The notes below the pieces were generated by a model, which did no database searches, was not told where the DNA came from, and worked only from the letters and a program-made list of their open reading frames with translations. Both the position numbers and the translations under genes were made by a program. A DNA stretch of 64,000 nt from Sminthopsis crassicaudata (Eukaryota), in assembly GCF_048593235.1 (NCBI RefSeq), contig NC_133617.1, positions 70,020,937-70,084,936 of the forward strand, written 5' to 3'. Shown here one piece after another: positions 13,035-26,620 of this stretch (positions are counted from its first letter, which is position 1; each line of letters starts with the position of its first letter).

Positions 13035-14579
13035 CACCTAGAGCCTTTCATTCATTTTTCCCCCTCCCCAGAGTACCTACTATGAGCTGGACAGGGAGAG
13101 ATGAGAGGTTGCTTTCAGTGGAAAACGACAACAGCATCATGAAGTTCAGAGCAGGGATAGTTGCTCCCCATCTACCATCTAACCATCAGCGAAGGCTTCC
13201 AGCATTCTGAGCTGGATCTTGAAGAATGGGGAGGGCTTCCAGATTTAGGCTAATTCAATCTCAAAAGAAAGACATGAGGAAAACTTGAAGGCACCTAAAG
13301 TGGTAGAGTGAGTGGGCCAGTCCAGAGGGGCCGTCAGGTAAATAAAGGAGGGGGCAGCGCAGATCGTGCAGAGGAGGATTGCAAATATCTTCCGTTTACC
13401 TTTACTCCTATGGGCAGTGAGGTTCCTGAGAAGCAAAGGGACCTGATGATGGCTTGTGCAGCAAAGACTGGTCTTAGGAGAAACTGAGCTCAGGATTAGG
13501 AGGCGATAGTCCAGGAGGGAGGCAACGAGGCATTTAGGGAAGGGCAAAAGTGTGAGTAGTAATAAGTCTAGGAGGGCCTCGCAACTGATTGGATGGGGTG
13601 GGGAGGGGGGAGGATAAGGAAGGAATCAAAGACAACTCAAAGGTTGCAGTTTTCCCTGAGAGCTAAAATTGTTTACTTTGGGTTTTGTACATAATATAAC
13701 ATACAGTAATCCCTAAGTAAATACGCACTGAATTGAGTGATCAATTACCGGAGAGGGATCTGCTACTATTTTCTTGATCTTAGGACCATAACCCTGTGGG
13801 TTGTCCCCAGAACTCCTTAACCGCTAGCATTTTGGGGCCCCCACTAGTGTACTTCCTCTTAACAACCAGTCAGGTGAGTAAATTCGGTTCTTTAGGGAAA
13901 GTATTTCTTCAAACGGCAAGAATGATAGTAATAAAATATTTCCCCCCAAAAATCATGAAGTGCACTTTCATACAAAGACACCAAGAACCTATTGGGAGGA
14001 GGAGGGACAAGAGAAAGAACCAGTCTGTAGTACGATAGAAATGAGGTTGACACACATGTAGAGAACTAGCCGTGGCAATTCACACCTCTGCAACTTCAGA
14101 GCCTCCACTGGATGATCTTCACAAAATTTTCTGAAGGATAATCAGGTTTGTGATACTTAAGGATATCAGTGTTCCAATGGTAGGCTGAAGCTCTCTCAGC
14201 CAATTAATCCACCTTTAGATTAGATTGAGTGAAAAGTAGGCCTTGAAAATTACGAAGGTCTGTCTCTTCAATTCTTCCAACCCCCATTAAGTCTCAGCCT
14301 GTTTTCTACAACTGTTTTTCACATATATACATAACTCTAGGAAAGCACTCACTCATATCCCAGAGAGAAAGGAATAAATAGTCTCATTGACAAAAATGCC
14401 GTGGACTAGTAAACAAGAAAAATCTCCACTACCACCTCATTCTGATTGTTCTCAAATCTTGGTCAACAATTTGCCTCCAGCAAATACTCTAGAATACAGA
14501 GTATAGGCATCCTATGCCATCTCCTCCCACAAATCTCTAACCTGAGCCTCTGATATCCCTACCAATTAGTCAGGAACAA

Positions 14580-15110
14580 TATGGAAACTCATGCTTCTGG
14601 CTCTGACCCACAGATACCTAGTAGTCAAAGAGATTCCATAAGAAGATTGAAAAAGTGTCTCAAACAAAAGTGTTGCTTTTAAGAGTGTTGCTATGGGACT
14701 GAAGTAAACCAGTAAACTGAAGCACCAGGAGAATAATTTAAATAATAACAACATTGAAAGAAAAACAATTTTGAAAATCTTAAGAACTCTGACCAATGAA
14801 ATGACTAATCAATGATTCTGAAGCATGTTTTCCACCTTCTTGCAGAGCGATGATGGGCTCAGGGCACAGATTGAAACTTAAGAGTTTTTAAACACAACTA
14901 ATATAGGAATTTTTTTTTTTACTTGAATATGTGGGTTTGTTGCAGTGATTTTCTTTGTCTTTTTTTTTTTTTTCTCTCGGAGAAGGAGAAGGAGGAAAAG
15001 GTAAAAAATGAATTTTTGTTCATTTCTTAAAATTCATTTCTTAAAATTAATTAAAAAAAAAGAGTTTTGGAAAAAAAGAATCTAAGCTTGGCTATGGTTT
15101 GAGATAGTTA
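14580..15110 (+). mobile_element. Degraded old L1 fragments (ORF1-like and 3'UTR-like)
   Basis: CCAGGAGAATAATTTAA resembles the L1 ORF1 RSRRDNL region; the following T-rich block resembles marsupial L1 3' UTR. Heavily decayed, boundaries approximate. Confidence 0.4.
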
Positions 15111-15169
15111 AGGCTCTGGTTGTTAAGTATTATAATGTAGAATTTTCATCAGGGCTTACTAGGCCAGGC

Positions 15170-15887
15170 TGATATGGGTTGTGCTCCTTTTAAGAAATTA
15201 ATCTTTTCTGATTTATTCCTTTCTGATTTCCCAACCCCTCCTAGCTGATGAATTATCAATTCAAGTAGATATGGGTTGTGCTCCCTTTAAGAAACTAGTC
15301 CTTTCAGATTGATTTATTCCTTTTTTGATTCCCAGCCCCTCCTACCTGATGCATTAACAATTCAAGAAGCTAGGATCTTTGATTCATGAATCCTGGTCAA
15401 AAGCATCCCTTTGAATTCCAATAGGAGATCCTGGCTCTCCCAGCCCCCTGGGATCTGAGCCAACTTGGGACTCTATCCACAGGCCCCTTTAGCTAAATCT
15501 CTCATTATAAAAGAGCCAAGCTGGGGTCCTCTCTTTGCAGAGGTTCCTAATATGGCAGCCTTCCACTTGGCATGCCAAGGATCTCTGCCCACTGGAACAC
15601 TAGTTCGGTACCATCTTCTCTTTACTTAACACCTTTTACTAAATAGACTTTAACTTTACTTCCAAACCCTACAATAAATCTCTTTTATCAATCTAGGTTT
15701 TCAGGTCTGTAAATTCCGTTACAGGAAACTCTTGTGCTGCTACTAGACCTCATTTAACTTCGTATCCTTGCGCTGAATCCAAAGGGGTTGCAGGGGAGCT
15801 CTATTTGACTCCCTGTATCCTCAACTTGCCACTAGACCTCAATTAAACCCTAATTTCATTTAGGTACCCCAATTCTAAACCTCGTCA
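15170..15887 (+). mobile_element. Solo LTR A (718 bp) with internal 97-bp duplication
   Basis: TG...CA termini, TATAAAA at ~15506, AATAAA at 15673-15678, direct repeat starting at 15171 and 15268. Flanks AGGC/AGGT form an imperfect 4-bp TSD. Confidence 0.75.
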
Positions 15888-16113
15888 AGGTTGGTAGCTT
15901 AGGTCTGAGATTGGAATTGTAGAAGTTTTGCTTATTTTAAGAGGGAAAGACAATCAGAACAAAAGAAGAATATTCATCAAGAATAAAGCATTGAGTTAAT
16001 TATACATGGTTTCCCAGTGATGGTGATTGCTATTGGTTTGCCCATCTATTAGAAGAACTTTCAGGAAGGAGGCCATGACTCCTAGTGTCCTACATTTTCT
16101 ACTCAGGAAGCTA

Positions 16114-16796
16114 TGTTAACAGCCCAAACTTTATTTCTCTGTGCCAACCAAACTTCAAAGTTTAAATGCCTTTTACTAGCTTAACCTATCTGGAACAGAA
16201 TCTTTAAAAAGTTAACCCAATCTACATGGTAAGTGACCCTGATAGAAACAATTTCTTCTACCTTAGATGCCTAATGAAAAAAGAGGGAAAACAATAGTTG
16301 TACCTCAGTTCTCTTTTATTGTCCTGATCCAGTTTCCCTAATTGTCCTATTCAGTTACTCTGCCTCAGGTTATAACCATTCCCTCTTAATTTTGATAGGA
16401 TGGATAAAGGTCTTATTTCTTAGACTTTAGACTATAGTCATTCCCTCTTAATGTTTCATGGGATAAAGGTCTTTATCCATTGTAGACATCATTAGAATAT
16501 CAGGAGCCTCTCCAGTACCTTCTTCCATTATGCCTCCCTCTATTATGTCATCCTATGTACCTGCCTCCATTATGTCATAATCATCCTAGGTTCCTCCCCC
16601 CAATACGTCATTGATCTTGTAACCCTATAAAAGAATCTTGTGTCGGACATTCATTGCTGGATTCTTTGAGACTATAGTCTTGTTTGGCCCTGGGACCAAC
16701 CATGGATCCATTTGGTCCCAGTAAATCTCTCCATTTAATAAATTCTGTATTGAATACTCTCTAATCTCTATCTTGTTCAGTTTCTCTGGCATTACA
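16114..16796 (+). mobile_element. Solo LTR B (~680 bp)
   Basis: TGTTA...TTACA termini, internal short repeats (CATTCCCTCTTAAT..GATAAAGGTCTT x2; CCATTATG repeats), TATAAAA ~16626, AATAAA 16737-16742. No TSD found, so the 5' boundary is uncertain. Confidence 0.65.
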
Positions 16797-17629
16797 TAGG
16801 CACTTGCAATTTTCAGAGTATTCCAATATTCAGAGATATTGCACAAATATTTTCTCATTTGATCATTAGAACAATACTGTAGAATAGAAGGAATTATGAA
16901 TTTTATTAGACCATTTTAGAGATAAAGAAACTGAAATTTTGAGAGACTGTTGCCCAGAATTGCAGTCAATAAATGCCAAGAAACAGGATTTCAACGTATT
17001 TCTAAGAGGGAAATGATGAATTCAGTTTATGATATTTTGAGTTTGAAGTGTTGAGCAGTATGTCTAAGTGAAAATGTCTACTAGGCTATACAAGTGGGGA
17101 ATTTAGGAGCTAAAGAAATAGACTTAGATGCCATATGCATTGAAATGATCATTGAAGCTACAGGCAATGAAAAGAATATGCAGAAGAGAGACATTCTAGG
17201 AGAGAAGATGAGAGAAGTCCCAGGAAAGGTGAGGAATTCTAGAAGACTCTAGGGGACACAGGATAGGAGAATGAATCAGAGCTGGTGAAAGAGAAAAGCA
17301 ATCTAAGAAGTAGGATATAAGACTAGAAGTCAGTATAACAAGTCAAGAGAGGAGAAAAGTATTCAGGGGAGAGATAGCCACCAAATGTCAAATAGTATAA
17401 ATTTTAAAAAGTCAAAAAGAATGAAGACTGAGAAAAGTTATTGATAAGGAAATCACTGTTGATCTCTGAGAGTGAAACTTCAATTCAGTGATGGGATTAA
17501 GGATTGACTGAGTGGGAGAAAAATGAAGCAGTAAGTATAAATAATTTCTAGAAATCTTGTGATGAAAGGGAGGAGAGAGATGCTTCAGAAGATTGTAGAG
17601 TTGAGGAAAAGGCATTTTTAAAAACTTTA

Positions 17630-18430
17630 TTTAGTGTTTGATTTTTCTCCAGTTACATGTAAAACCAATTTTTAACATGCATTTTTAAAACTTTGAGTTC
17701 AGATTATCTCCCTTTCTCCCCCCCCCCACCTTCTCTCATTGAGAAGACAAACAATTATAGGTTATGCATGTATAATCATGCAAAGCATTTCAATAATAAT
17801 CATGTTGTGAAAGAAAACTTAGACCAATAAAAACCTCAAGAAACAATAAAGTAAGCATCAATCTGTATTCACACACCATCAGTTATTTCTCTGTGGGTGC
17901 ATAGCATTTTTTATTATTGTTTTGGATCATTATGTTGCTGAAAATAGCTAAGTCAGTTATAGTTGCTCATCTTACAATATTGCTGTTACTTTATACATAG
18001 TCCATTTCACTTTGCATCAGCTCATGGAAATTTTTCCAGATTCTTTTGAGAGAATCTTGTTCATCATTTCTTACAGCACAACAGTATTCCATTATAATCA
18101 TATAACACAGTTTATTTAGCCATTCCCCAAATGATGGGCATTCCCTCAATTTCCACTTCTTTGTCTCCAGAAAAAACTTGCTTTCAATATTTTTGTACAT
18201 ATAGCTCCCTTTCATTTTTGTGTTTTTTAAAATCTCTTTTGGGATACAGACCTAATAGTGGTATAGCTAGATAAAAGGATTTCATAGCCCTTTGGACATA
18301 GTTCCAACTTGCTCTACAGAGTGGTTGAATCAATCCACAACTCCACCAACAATGCATTAATGTCTAATATCTCCCACATCACCTCCAGCATTTGTCATTT
18401 CTCTTTCCTATCCTATTAGTCAATTTAATG
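17630..18430 (-). mobile_element. Old L1 3' end (ORF2 C-terminus remnant and 3' UTR)
   Basis: Minus-strand ORF 17991-18215 (..KWKLRECPSFGEWLNKLCYMIIMEYCCAVRNDEQ..) is the degenerate L1 ORF2 tail; T-rich tail on the left side. Confidence 0.85.
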
Positions 18431-18461
18431 CCTGTTACAAACTTAATTGGGAGTTGTCTAT

Positions 18462-19057
18462 TGTAATATTCTTCTCTAAAATATATTGTTCTCTGCGAGC
18501 AGGTTTCTTGGGGGGCTTCTGGAGGCAGCCTTAGTTTCAGTTCAGTGTAATCACCCCAAATACAGCCAGGAGTTAAAATCCAAATCCTTTATTGTCTCCT
18601 TCCTGAGGCCCAGTTCTTTCTTAGAGGGCTCTCTCCTTGGTTCCTGCCACTAGTCCTTTGCCTCTGCCAGTTTCTGCCTTTAGCTCCCTCTGAATATCTC
18701 TGAATCTAAAGGTTTTTCTTCAGTCTCCAGCCAGCACAAAAGTGGAAGATGGAATGAGTCTGCCTCCTCCTCCGAGAGTGGGCTTGTCCTCCCTGGCCCT
18801 GCCAACTCCTCCTTATATGCCCCACACTGAGTATACACCAATCATTATATCATTAGGAAACCATTATTTGTTGTAGGATTAAATCATTGCTAACTAGATT
18901 TAACCACTATCTCTTCAATTCCACTTAGTACCTTGTTTCAAGTTCTGGTCCATAACATGTCCTTGTAGGATCAGATCATCATACTGAACCATGCTAAATT
19001 AGATAACTATTGTCTCTATCAATTCCAGTGACTTAGCACCTTGTAAGAATCCTTACA
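18462..19057 (-). mobile_element. Solo LTR C (596 bp), class II/beta-like by TSD length
   Basis: TGTAA...TTACA termini with a perfect 6-bp TSD GTCTAT (18456-18461 and 19058-19063). AATAAA on - at 18588-18593; TATA-like CATATAAG on - near 18815. Confidence 0.88.
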
Positions 19058-21889
19058 GTCTATCATGACTGCACAGGGTTTGGTCAAGAGAGGATCTCTC
19101 CTTAATCTGTGGAATTTAACTCAGATGGTCCTGATGTTCAATCCCAGAGCTTTATCCACTGTACCACCTAGCTCCCTCTAGGTTACCTCTAAATTAATCT
19201 TTGAAGAATTAAAAAGATTTCAGTAAGTTATGATGAGGAAGTAGAAGTTTAGTCATTTGGATAGATGTACTAATACACCAAGGTAGGAGGTGGTAGACAA
19301 GATCAGATAAGACTTTAGAGTTTGTGGATAATATAGTTGATAGCCTAGAGAAGAGGAAAATCCCCTTCTCCAAGATAGTTGGACTACATGGAGAGTTAAA
19401 GAAGCTCAGAGAGGTAGGCTAGATTACCAAAGTATAGGTAGAAATATAATAACTAACATTTATATGGCATCTCCTATATGACAGGCATTGCACCAGCATG
19501 TTTCATTTCATCCCTACAACAGTCTTAGAAGGTAGGTGCTATTACTATATTCATTTACAGTTGAAGAAATTGAGGCAAATTGAGATTAAGTGACTTGCCC
19601 AAAGTCATACCACTAGTAAGTATCTGAGGCTGGATTTGCACTCAGATCTTTCTGACTCTAAGCCCAACCCTTTTATCTATCACACCATAAGGTGCCCTGA
19701 TCACTTATCATCATTGGATAACATAAAAGGTAGCCCTGTTTCTGTGACATATAGATTATTTCCAGCTCTAGTTATGAAAGTGAATAAATTCTATTTTAAG
19801 AAACTCCATATCACCTTCAAGTTACTTTTTTTCCACTTGAGTTTTACTCCAAAAGAAAATGTAGGTGAGTTGTCCCACATAGCAGATGTTGAACAATATT
19901 GAACACTGAGGACCAGGAAGAAGAAGATGTTTTGGATTTATTTGCTTTTTTTTAAGGAGATACATTTATATAAATGCACCTGAGATTTCCTAAGATCTAG
20001 AACTGGAAGGGACCTGTGAAATCATTTAGTTCACAATTGAGAAAAATGAGGGCCAGTGAAAGAAAGTAAGTGACTATCCCAGTAGTGACAGGAGCACAGT
20101 CTACAGGTGGTCATGGCACGACTCTCTCAATCCATTCAATTAGTGAATCAACTTTTATGAAACATCTATGATGTGCCAGGTACTATACTAAGTCATTCAC
20201 AATAACTTTGACTTATACAAAATTTGATAGAGAAATATGATTAGTTCGATGCTCACAATCTCGCTCTCACCTACCTTAAATCTTAATGCTCCCTTAAATA
20301 CTCTAACTTCCCAGTTTACCCTGCTCTGATCACCTACTAGGATAGTCACATCTCTAATCTTCCCATCACCCATAAAATGTTTCACTTCAATAATCAAGAA
20401 TTCTGAAAATTCTTTCTCTGAACATAATCACTCCATCTCTCCCTAAGTGTTACCCCTCCTAAACCAAACCCTTACTCTCACCATGACTTCTAATTCCTTT
20501 CCCACCCCATACTAATCCAAATCATCACTCCTGTTCTTGTTCATATTCTCCTAGCTTCCCTATCTTGACTTCTTGCTGAATCATTTCAATTATATACTGG
20601 CCCTTTACACCCTTTACACCTTTGTTCTATATCTACCATTGCTCCTATCATTAGTCTCTATTGATTCCTCCTTATTCTTTATTAAGCAGAACTAGAAGAC
20701 TCACACAATAGAAGACTCACACAACTGTGCTGACTGGGTTCACTTTAATTTTATGGATTTAAAAAAATTATCTTTCTTTTACATTGCTTATCTTTCCCTT
20801 TGTATCCTTCTCCCTGAGAACCAAACTTTACAAACGCCTTTTTTATTAAAGAGAAGAAAAGAGAAAAAAAAATTCATCAAAACCAATTAACAATAAAAAT
20901 ATCCATTCAATATTCTCTACCTTTGATGATCTCATTTCCCTAATGAGTCCAATTATCATCTCTATGTAGATAATTCTCAGATCTATATAGTCAGTCCTAA
21001 CCTCTCTTCTGATCTTGTATAATCTGATCTATAGTTTTGTATTACTAACTATATGGTCCTGGAGAAGTCATTATCTTTTTACCAAAACCACATCTTTTCC
21101 CAAACTCTCTTATTTCTATCAAGGACATCATCATTCTCCCAGCCACCTAGATTCAAATCCTCAGTTGTTCACAGTCACCTTATATCCGTGGCCAAAGTCT
21201 GTCATTCCTATCTTTACAACAACTTTCATAAATACATATATCTATATACATACATACACACACACACACTTCTCATCACTCCATATGTGCATGTATATCT
21301 AAGTGTGCAGGCATCCTACACATGTGTATATATATATGCACATATATACATATATGTATGACACGTGTGTATGCATTTATTCTTTACTCCACTCCACTCC
21401 ATCTCTACTCAACTGTCCAAGAAATCTGAACATAGTCTGACCACGTCACCCTCAAATTCAATAAAATCAGTGATTCTCAATCACATCTAATAAGTATAGA
21501 ATACACTATTTGGCTTTTAAACCCTTTTTTTGATCTGCCACTTTCCTACTTTTACAACTGTTTATTCTTTATTCTTCTTCCTATACTTTTGTAATTTGGT
21601 GATCCATGATTTTTACTGGATATCCCTCCACCCTGGAATTTTCTCCCTCCTCATTTGTACTTCTTGGCTTTCTTCAAGATTCACCTTAAATATCACCTTC
21701 TTCAAAGATCTGTTTCTGTTCCCCTTTCCTTTGAGATTATCTCCCATCTACATTGTATATACCTTGTATTTCTAAGGTGTGGACTCCTTGAGGACAGAGA
21801 CTATATTTGCCTTTCTTTGTATGACCTCATTGCCTGTGAAAACACAATAGTATATCAGTGCCATGCCAGGAAACTGATCACTTCCATTT

Positions 21890-22200
21890 GAACTGTCTTT
21901 GGAAGATTCTGATGATCACCTGGCAGGGTAAAATACCAGACACTGAGGTCCTTTCTCGAACTAAAGTGCCAGCCATTTAAACTACTGCCGAGAGCACAAC
22001 TCTGCTGGGCTGGCCACATTGTTCAAATGCCAAACTTACTCTTGCCAAAAAAACTATTTTATAGAGAACTCACACTGAAAAAGCACTCACGTGGTGTTCA
22101 GAAAAAGCAATACAAGGACACTTTTAAAGTCTATCTTAACAACTTTAGAATTGATTGCTTGACATGGGAGACACTGGTATCAAAGAAGATGATGTGCTCT
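21890..22200 (+). mobile_element. RTE-clade LINE ORF C-terminal remnant
   Basis: Translates to ..KIPDTEVLSR../MPNLLLPKKLFYRELT..KHSRGVQKKQYKDTFKV..IDCLTWETL, typical of RTE LINE 3' coding sequence. Confidence 0.75.
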
Positions 22201-23199
22201 GTGAATAAAATTGAATTAAAGCAGCTCAAATGTAAAAAAAAAAATTTTAAAAAAGAATTATTATTAAAATGAAAAAAAGAAATGTGAGATGCACAAAGTT
22301 AGAGAATCCACCCCAAATATTCATAGGGACTTATTTGTACTTAACCTGTGGCAGAACATTTCAAGTTCATATTGGTCTGATCAGCCACAGCTGGATATAC
22401 TGTAACTTGACTTTAACATAGTAATGTCATTTTAGTCCTCTTCAAGAACAAAGGACAACAATCAACCAGTCTTTAGCACAGTGTTTGGTACATAGTAAGT
22501 GCCTAATAAATGTATGTTGACTGATTGGCCATAATAAGAATGGGGGGGGGGGGCATGATATTATATGTCTTTCTTGGACCCATAGCTTGCTCTTTATAAT
22601 TTTAAACATTTGTTTTATTTGATTTTGCTATTGTTATTGTTTCTATTTACATTGTTATAGTTATTATTTTCCTGTCTATAATTCCTTAACTCTACATCAG
22701 TTCATACAATTCTATGATTCTCTGCATTCATAAATGTTTGTAAGTTCTTACAGCAGAATGATTATATTACTATGATACATTCTATTATACACATGTTTAA
22801 TCATTATGTAATTGGTAAGCATCTACTTTGTTTCAGTTTTTTGCTACCACAAAAAGTGCTGCTATAAATATTTTGATGTCTATGGAGTCTTCCTTTTTTT
22901 GTCAATTGTTTCCTTGGAGTCTAAGGAAGGCCTAGCAGTGGAACCTCTTGGGTATGGACATTTTAGTCACTTTATTTGCATAATTACAAATTGCTTTTCA
23001 GAATTTATGTATCAGTTCACAACTTCACCCACAATGCATTAGTACACCTGACTTTCCACAACCATTACCATCTTTTGAAGCTTTTGCCGATTTGCTTGGT
23101 GTGAGGTAAAACCTTAGAGTTGTTTTGAGTTTAATTACTTACATTAGTGATTTGAAGCATTTTTAATATGGTTAACAGCTTGAAATTTTTTGGTTTTAT

Positions 23200-26100
23200 C
23201 TAATCTCAACTCAGTCTTCCTTTTCACAAAGCAATTCTTTTATTCCTCCCTAGTTGATTCTCTAGCCTATTCATCACAATACTTATTTAAAATTTTCTCT
23301 TTTCTCCTCAAGCCTCCCATGGCACTTTTTCCTGTCCTCTTAGTCAAAGATCTCTTCTCACGTCAAGGCCATCCTCAGTGTGTTTCCTCTTCTCTGATCC
23401 TTCTTATCTCAAAACCCCTAAGCAACATCCTCCACTATTTCCTTCTTTATTCCAGTATCTGATGAAGTAGTCCTTTTTCCATGCTATAACAAGTTTCATT
23501 ACATGTACCCTTGATTCCATGCTCTTCTTTTTAAAATAAGTTTTTATTGATGTTTTCTCTTTTTTTTCTATCAGTCAACACACTATCCCATGTACCCTTC
23601 CTTCTCTCCCTCAAGTACTCAAACTATGATCTCATGCTTTTCTTTTGTCTCTATCAGATTGCCTCCACAATCACACAACTCCCCTCAGCCCTAATCTTCA
23701 GTCTTTCCATATTTGGCTTCTTTCCTATTGCTTAAAAACACGTTCAAATCTGCCTCATCCTGGGGGAAAAACTCATTTGGTCATACTGTCCTCATTGATT
23801 GTTGCCTTATATCTCTATTCTCTCAGCTAAATTCTGAACCAAAAATAGATCCATTTACACATAGTACCCCCCATGGCTTGTATTTTTCTCCAAGTCTCTT
23901 CTTTAAATTTCTTTAAAACTATTTGCAATCTGACTCACAATCTCACTCAGTTCAATCTCAATTGAACTGTTTCCTTCAGTGTTACCAATGATTTCTTTGT
24001 TGACAATTCTATTAGATCCTTCTTAGTCGTCTTCCTTCTTGACTTCTCTGCATTATTTAACACTATCAGCCCTCCTTTTCTCTTGGATATTGTCTCCTCT
24101 TCCTCCTAAATCTGCTTCTTTGCTTCTAGAGTTCTATTTCCTCCACTCCTCGGTGCTTTCTCAAGTCAATACCCCAACTCTGACTTAACTTGTTTCCCTC
24201 TAGCTTCAGCTCAGTAAAAAGTCATTTCAATACAATTGTTACTATCCTCTTGTCCTATCACTATTCCATTTGCCACATCTCAGTCTTGAATTATTTCCAT
24301 CATCCTCTTTCTCCATTCTTACAAGTTGCTGAATGCAACTATAGGAAGTCTCACAGTTGTACTGATTAGGTATATTACAAGTTCATATTATTCATCATTA
24401 ACTGTTGCAAGGCAGTCTTTTTATTCCTCCCTTATTGATTCCCTACCTTACTCTTTATAAAAGTTATCTCAGATCTCTTCTCTTGTCAAGCTCCTTCATA
24501 TTTCCTCCTCTCACTCTCTCTCAGCTGAAGACCTTGAGCCTTACTTTACTCAAAAAGTTGAGGACTTTCTACACGAGTTCCCTCTTCTCCTTTTCCCTTC
24601 ATCACCAAGCCCCTAGACAAAATCCCCTACTGTCTCCTCCTTTTCCAGAGTCTTTGACAAAGAGGTAACCTCTTCCCTTGCCAAGGCCAACCCCTGGACA
24701 TGTGCATCTGATCCTATTCCCTCCTTTCTTCTCTAGTGTGTTACACGCTCAATCATCCTGTCTGACCACTTTTTCTTACTCTCTTTTGCTGACTCATTAT
24801 TAACTCCATTTTCTTAGATGCAATTTTCCCCAAAGTTCTTTCACAGAACTATGAATAAATGATAAATAATAGTATAGAACTTTCATAAGTTCTTACATAA
24901 TTCTTATATCCTCTTAATTTCTCCTATCCCCTTTCTTGGTACCCTCATCAGCTCCCATGGATTAAACTGTCATTTCTATGCAGATGACAGCCCCCAGTCT
25001 CTCCTCCAACTGCTAATCCCAGGTCTCCAATGGCTAGTTAGACGTTTCAAAATGGATAACACAGAGACATCTCAAATGCAACATGTCTAAAACTGAACCA
25101 TTATTTCCTCCTAAATCCTTCCCTCTTTCAAACTTTCTTATTTTGAGTGAAGATATCACCATCCTTCCAATATCTTAGATCATCATCCTTTCCCTCATCC
25201 AATCATCTGTGAAATATTGTCAGTTCTATCTTTACTTTATCTCTTGAAACTGATTTTTCTTTACTGGATTGATTACTTCTTGAGTTCAGGCCTTCATAAC
25301 CTGAATTATTACAACATCCTCCTCATTGGTCTCCTTGTCTTCACTCACCATTCCAGTCCATCACTGCTGCCAAAGTAATTTTTCTTAAGCAAAGATATGA
25401 CCATTCATCTCCCTTATTCAACCAACTCTAGTAGCTTCCTATTGCCTCTTGGATAAAATCTTATCTCTTTTGTTTAATTTTAAAATTCCTATACAACTTT
25501 GTCCCAATATATTTTTCTAACCTTATTGGAAATTATTACTCCTCATCCCATATTCTGTGAGCCAGCCAACTGGCTTCCCTATTACTTTTCATCCCATACT
25601 CTGTGAGTTAGCCAACTAGCTTCCTAGTATAAGACTTGTCATACATTTCCTTCCTTATGCCTCTACATTAACCATTCCCTAAGCCTGGAGGGTATTCCTT
25701 CTCTATTTCTGTCTTTTGAAGTCTCCTTTTTCCTTCAAGATTTAGCTCAGGCATCATCTTCTGCATTTGAGCCTTTCCTGACCACTTCCACCTACTAGTG
25801 GTCCTCTTCCTAACTACCTTGAATTTTACTATTGTATGTATTTGTAGTTATTCACTTTATATTTATGCTTTATATTTTAATATGTACTTGTCATTTGTGT
25901 AAAATCAGTGAAAGTAGGAATTATCTTGTTCTCTATACTTTTATCCTATGCCTGACACATAGTAGATGTTTAATATTTGTTGAATGTTTTCTCCCAGTTC
26001 TTCTTTTGCCTGTCTGCCCCACTCTTCCTCAGTGATTTTATTTGACTATTATCTATTTCTTGCCCGCTAACTGTAAATATCTCAAGGCTGATTTTTTCTC

Positions 26101-26620
26101 TTTCTACATACTCTTACTTAGTGACTTCATCTGACCCTTGGGTTCAATGATCCTCTCACTGTAGATGGCTCCCAGGTCTACATATCCATCCCTAGACTCT
26201 CTCCTGAGCTCCAAATCCCATCCTGCACATTAAATATCTCAAATTCCTGTAGACTTCTGAAACTCAATACATCCAAAAGATAATTCATTATCTTCCCTTC
26301 AAACTCTACCCTGCTTTTGAACTTCCATTTTTCTGTGGAAGACACCAACATCCTCCCAGTCACCCAGGTTTTAAACTTCGGTGTCATACTCTATTTCCCA
26401 CTCTCACTTGCTACAAATATCTAAAATGTTTGCCAAATCATATTTCTAACTCATGTCTGTTATGTCTTATTCACATCCTAGTTCGAATGCCAATTATGGA
26501 GCTTGGTCTCCATTCTTCGAATCTCTCTCCTTTTCAATCCATCCTCCATACTATTGCCAAAATGATTTTCTTAAGGTATATGTCTTATCATGTCATCCCC
26601 TGCCTCAATAAATTTCAGTG
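23200..26620 (+). mobile_element. Ancient LINE-2 (L2) fragments
   Basis: CT-rich L2-type sequence including the RT core remnant CTATGCAGATGAC (YADD, ~24977) and ACATCTCAAATGCAACATGTCTAAAACTGAA. Interleaved fragments in both orientations; similar fragments at ~20300-21800. Confidence 0.7.
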
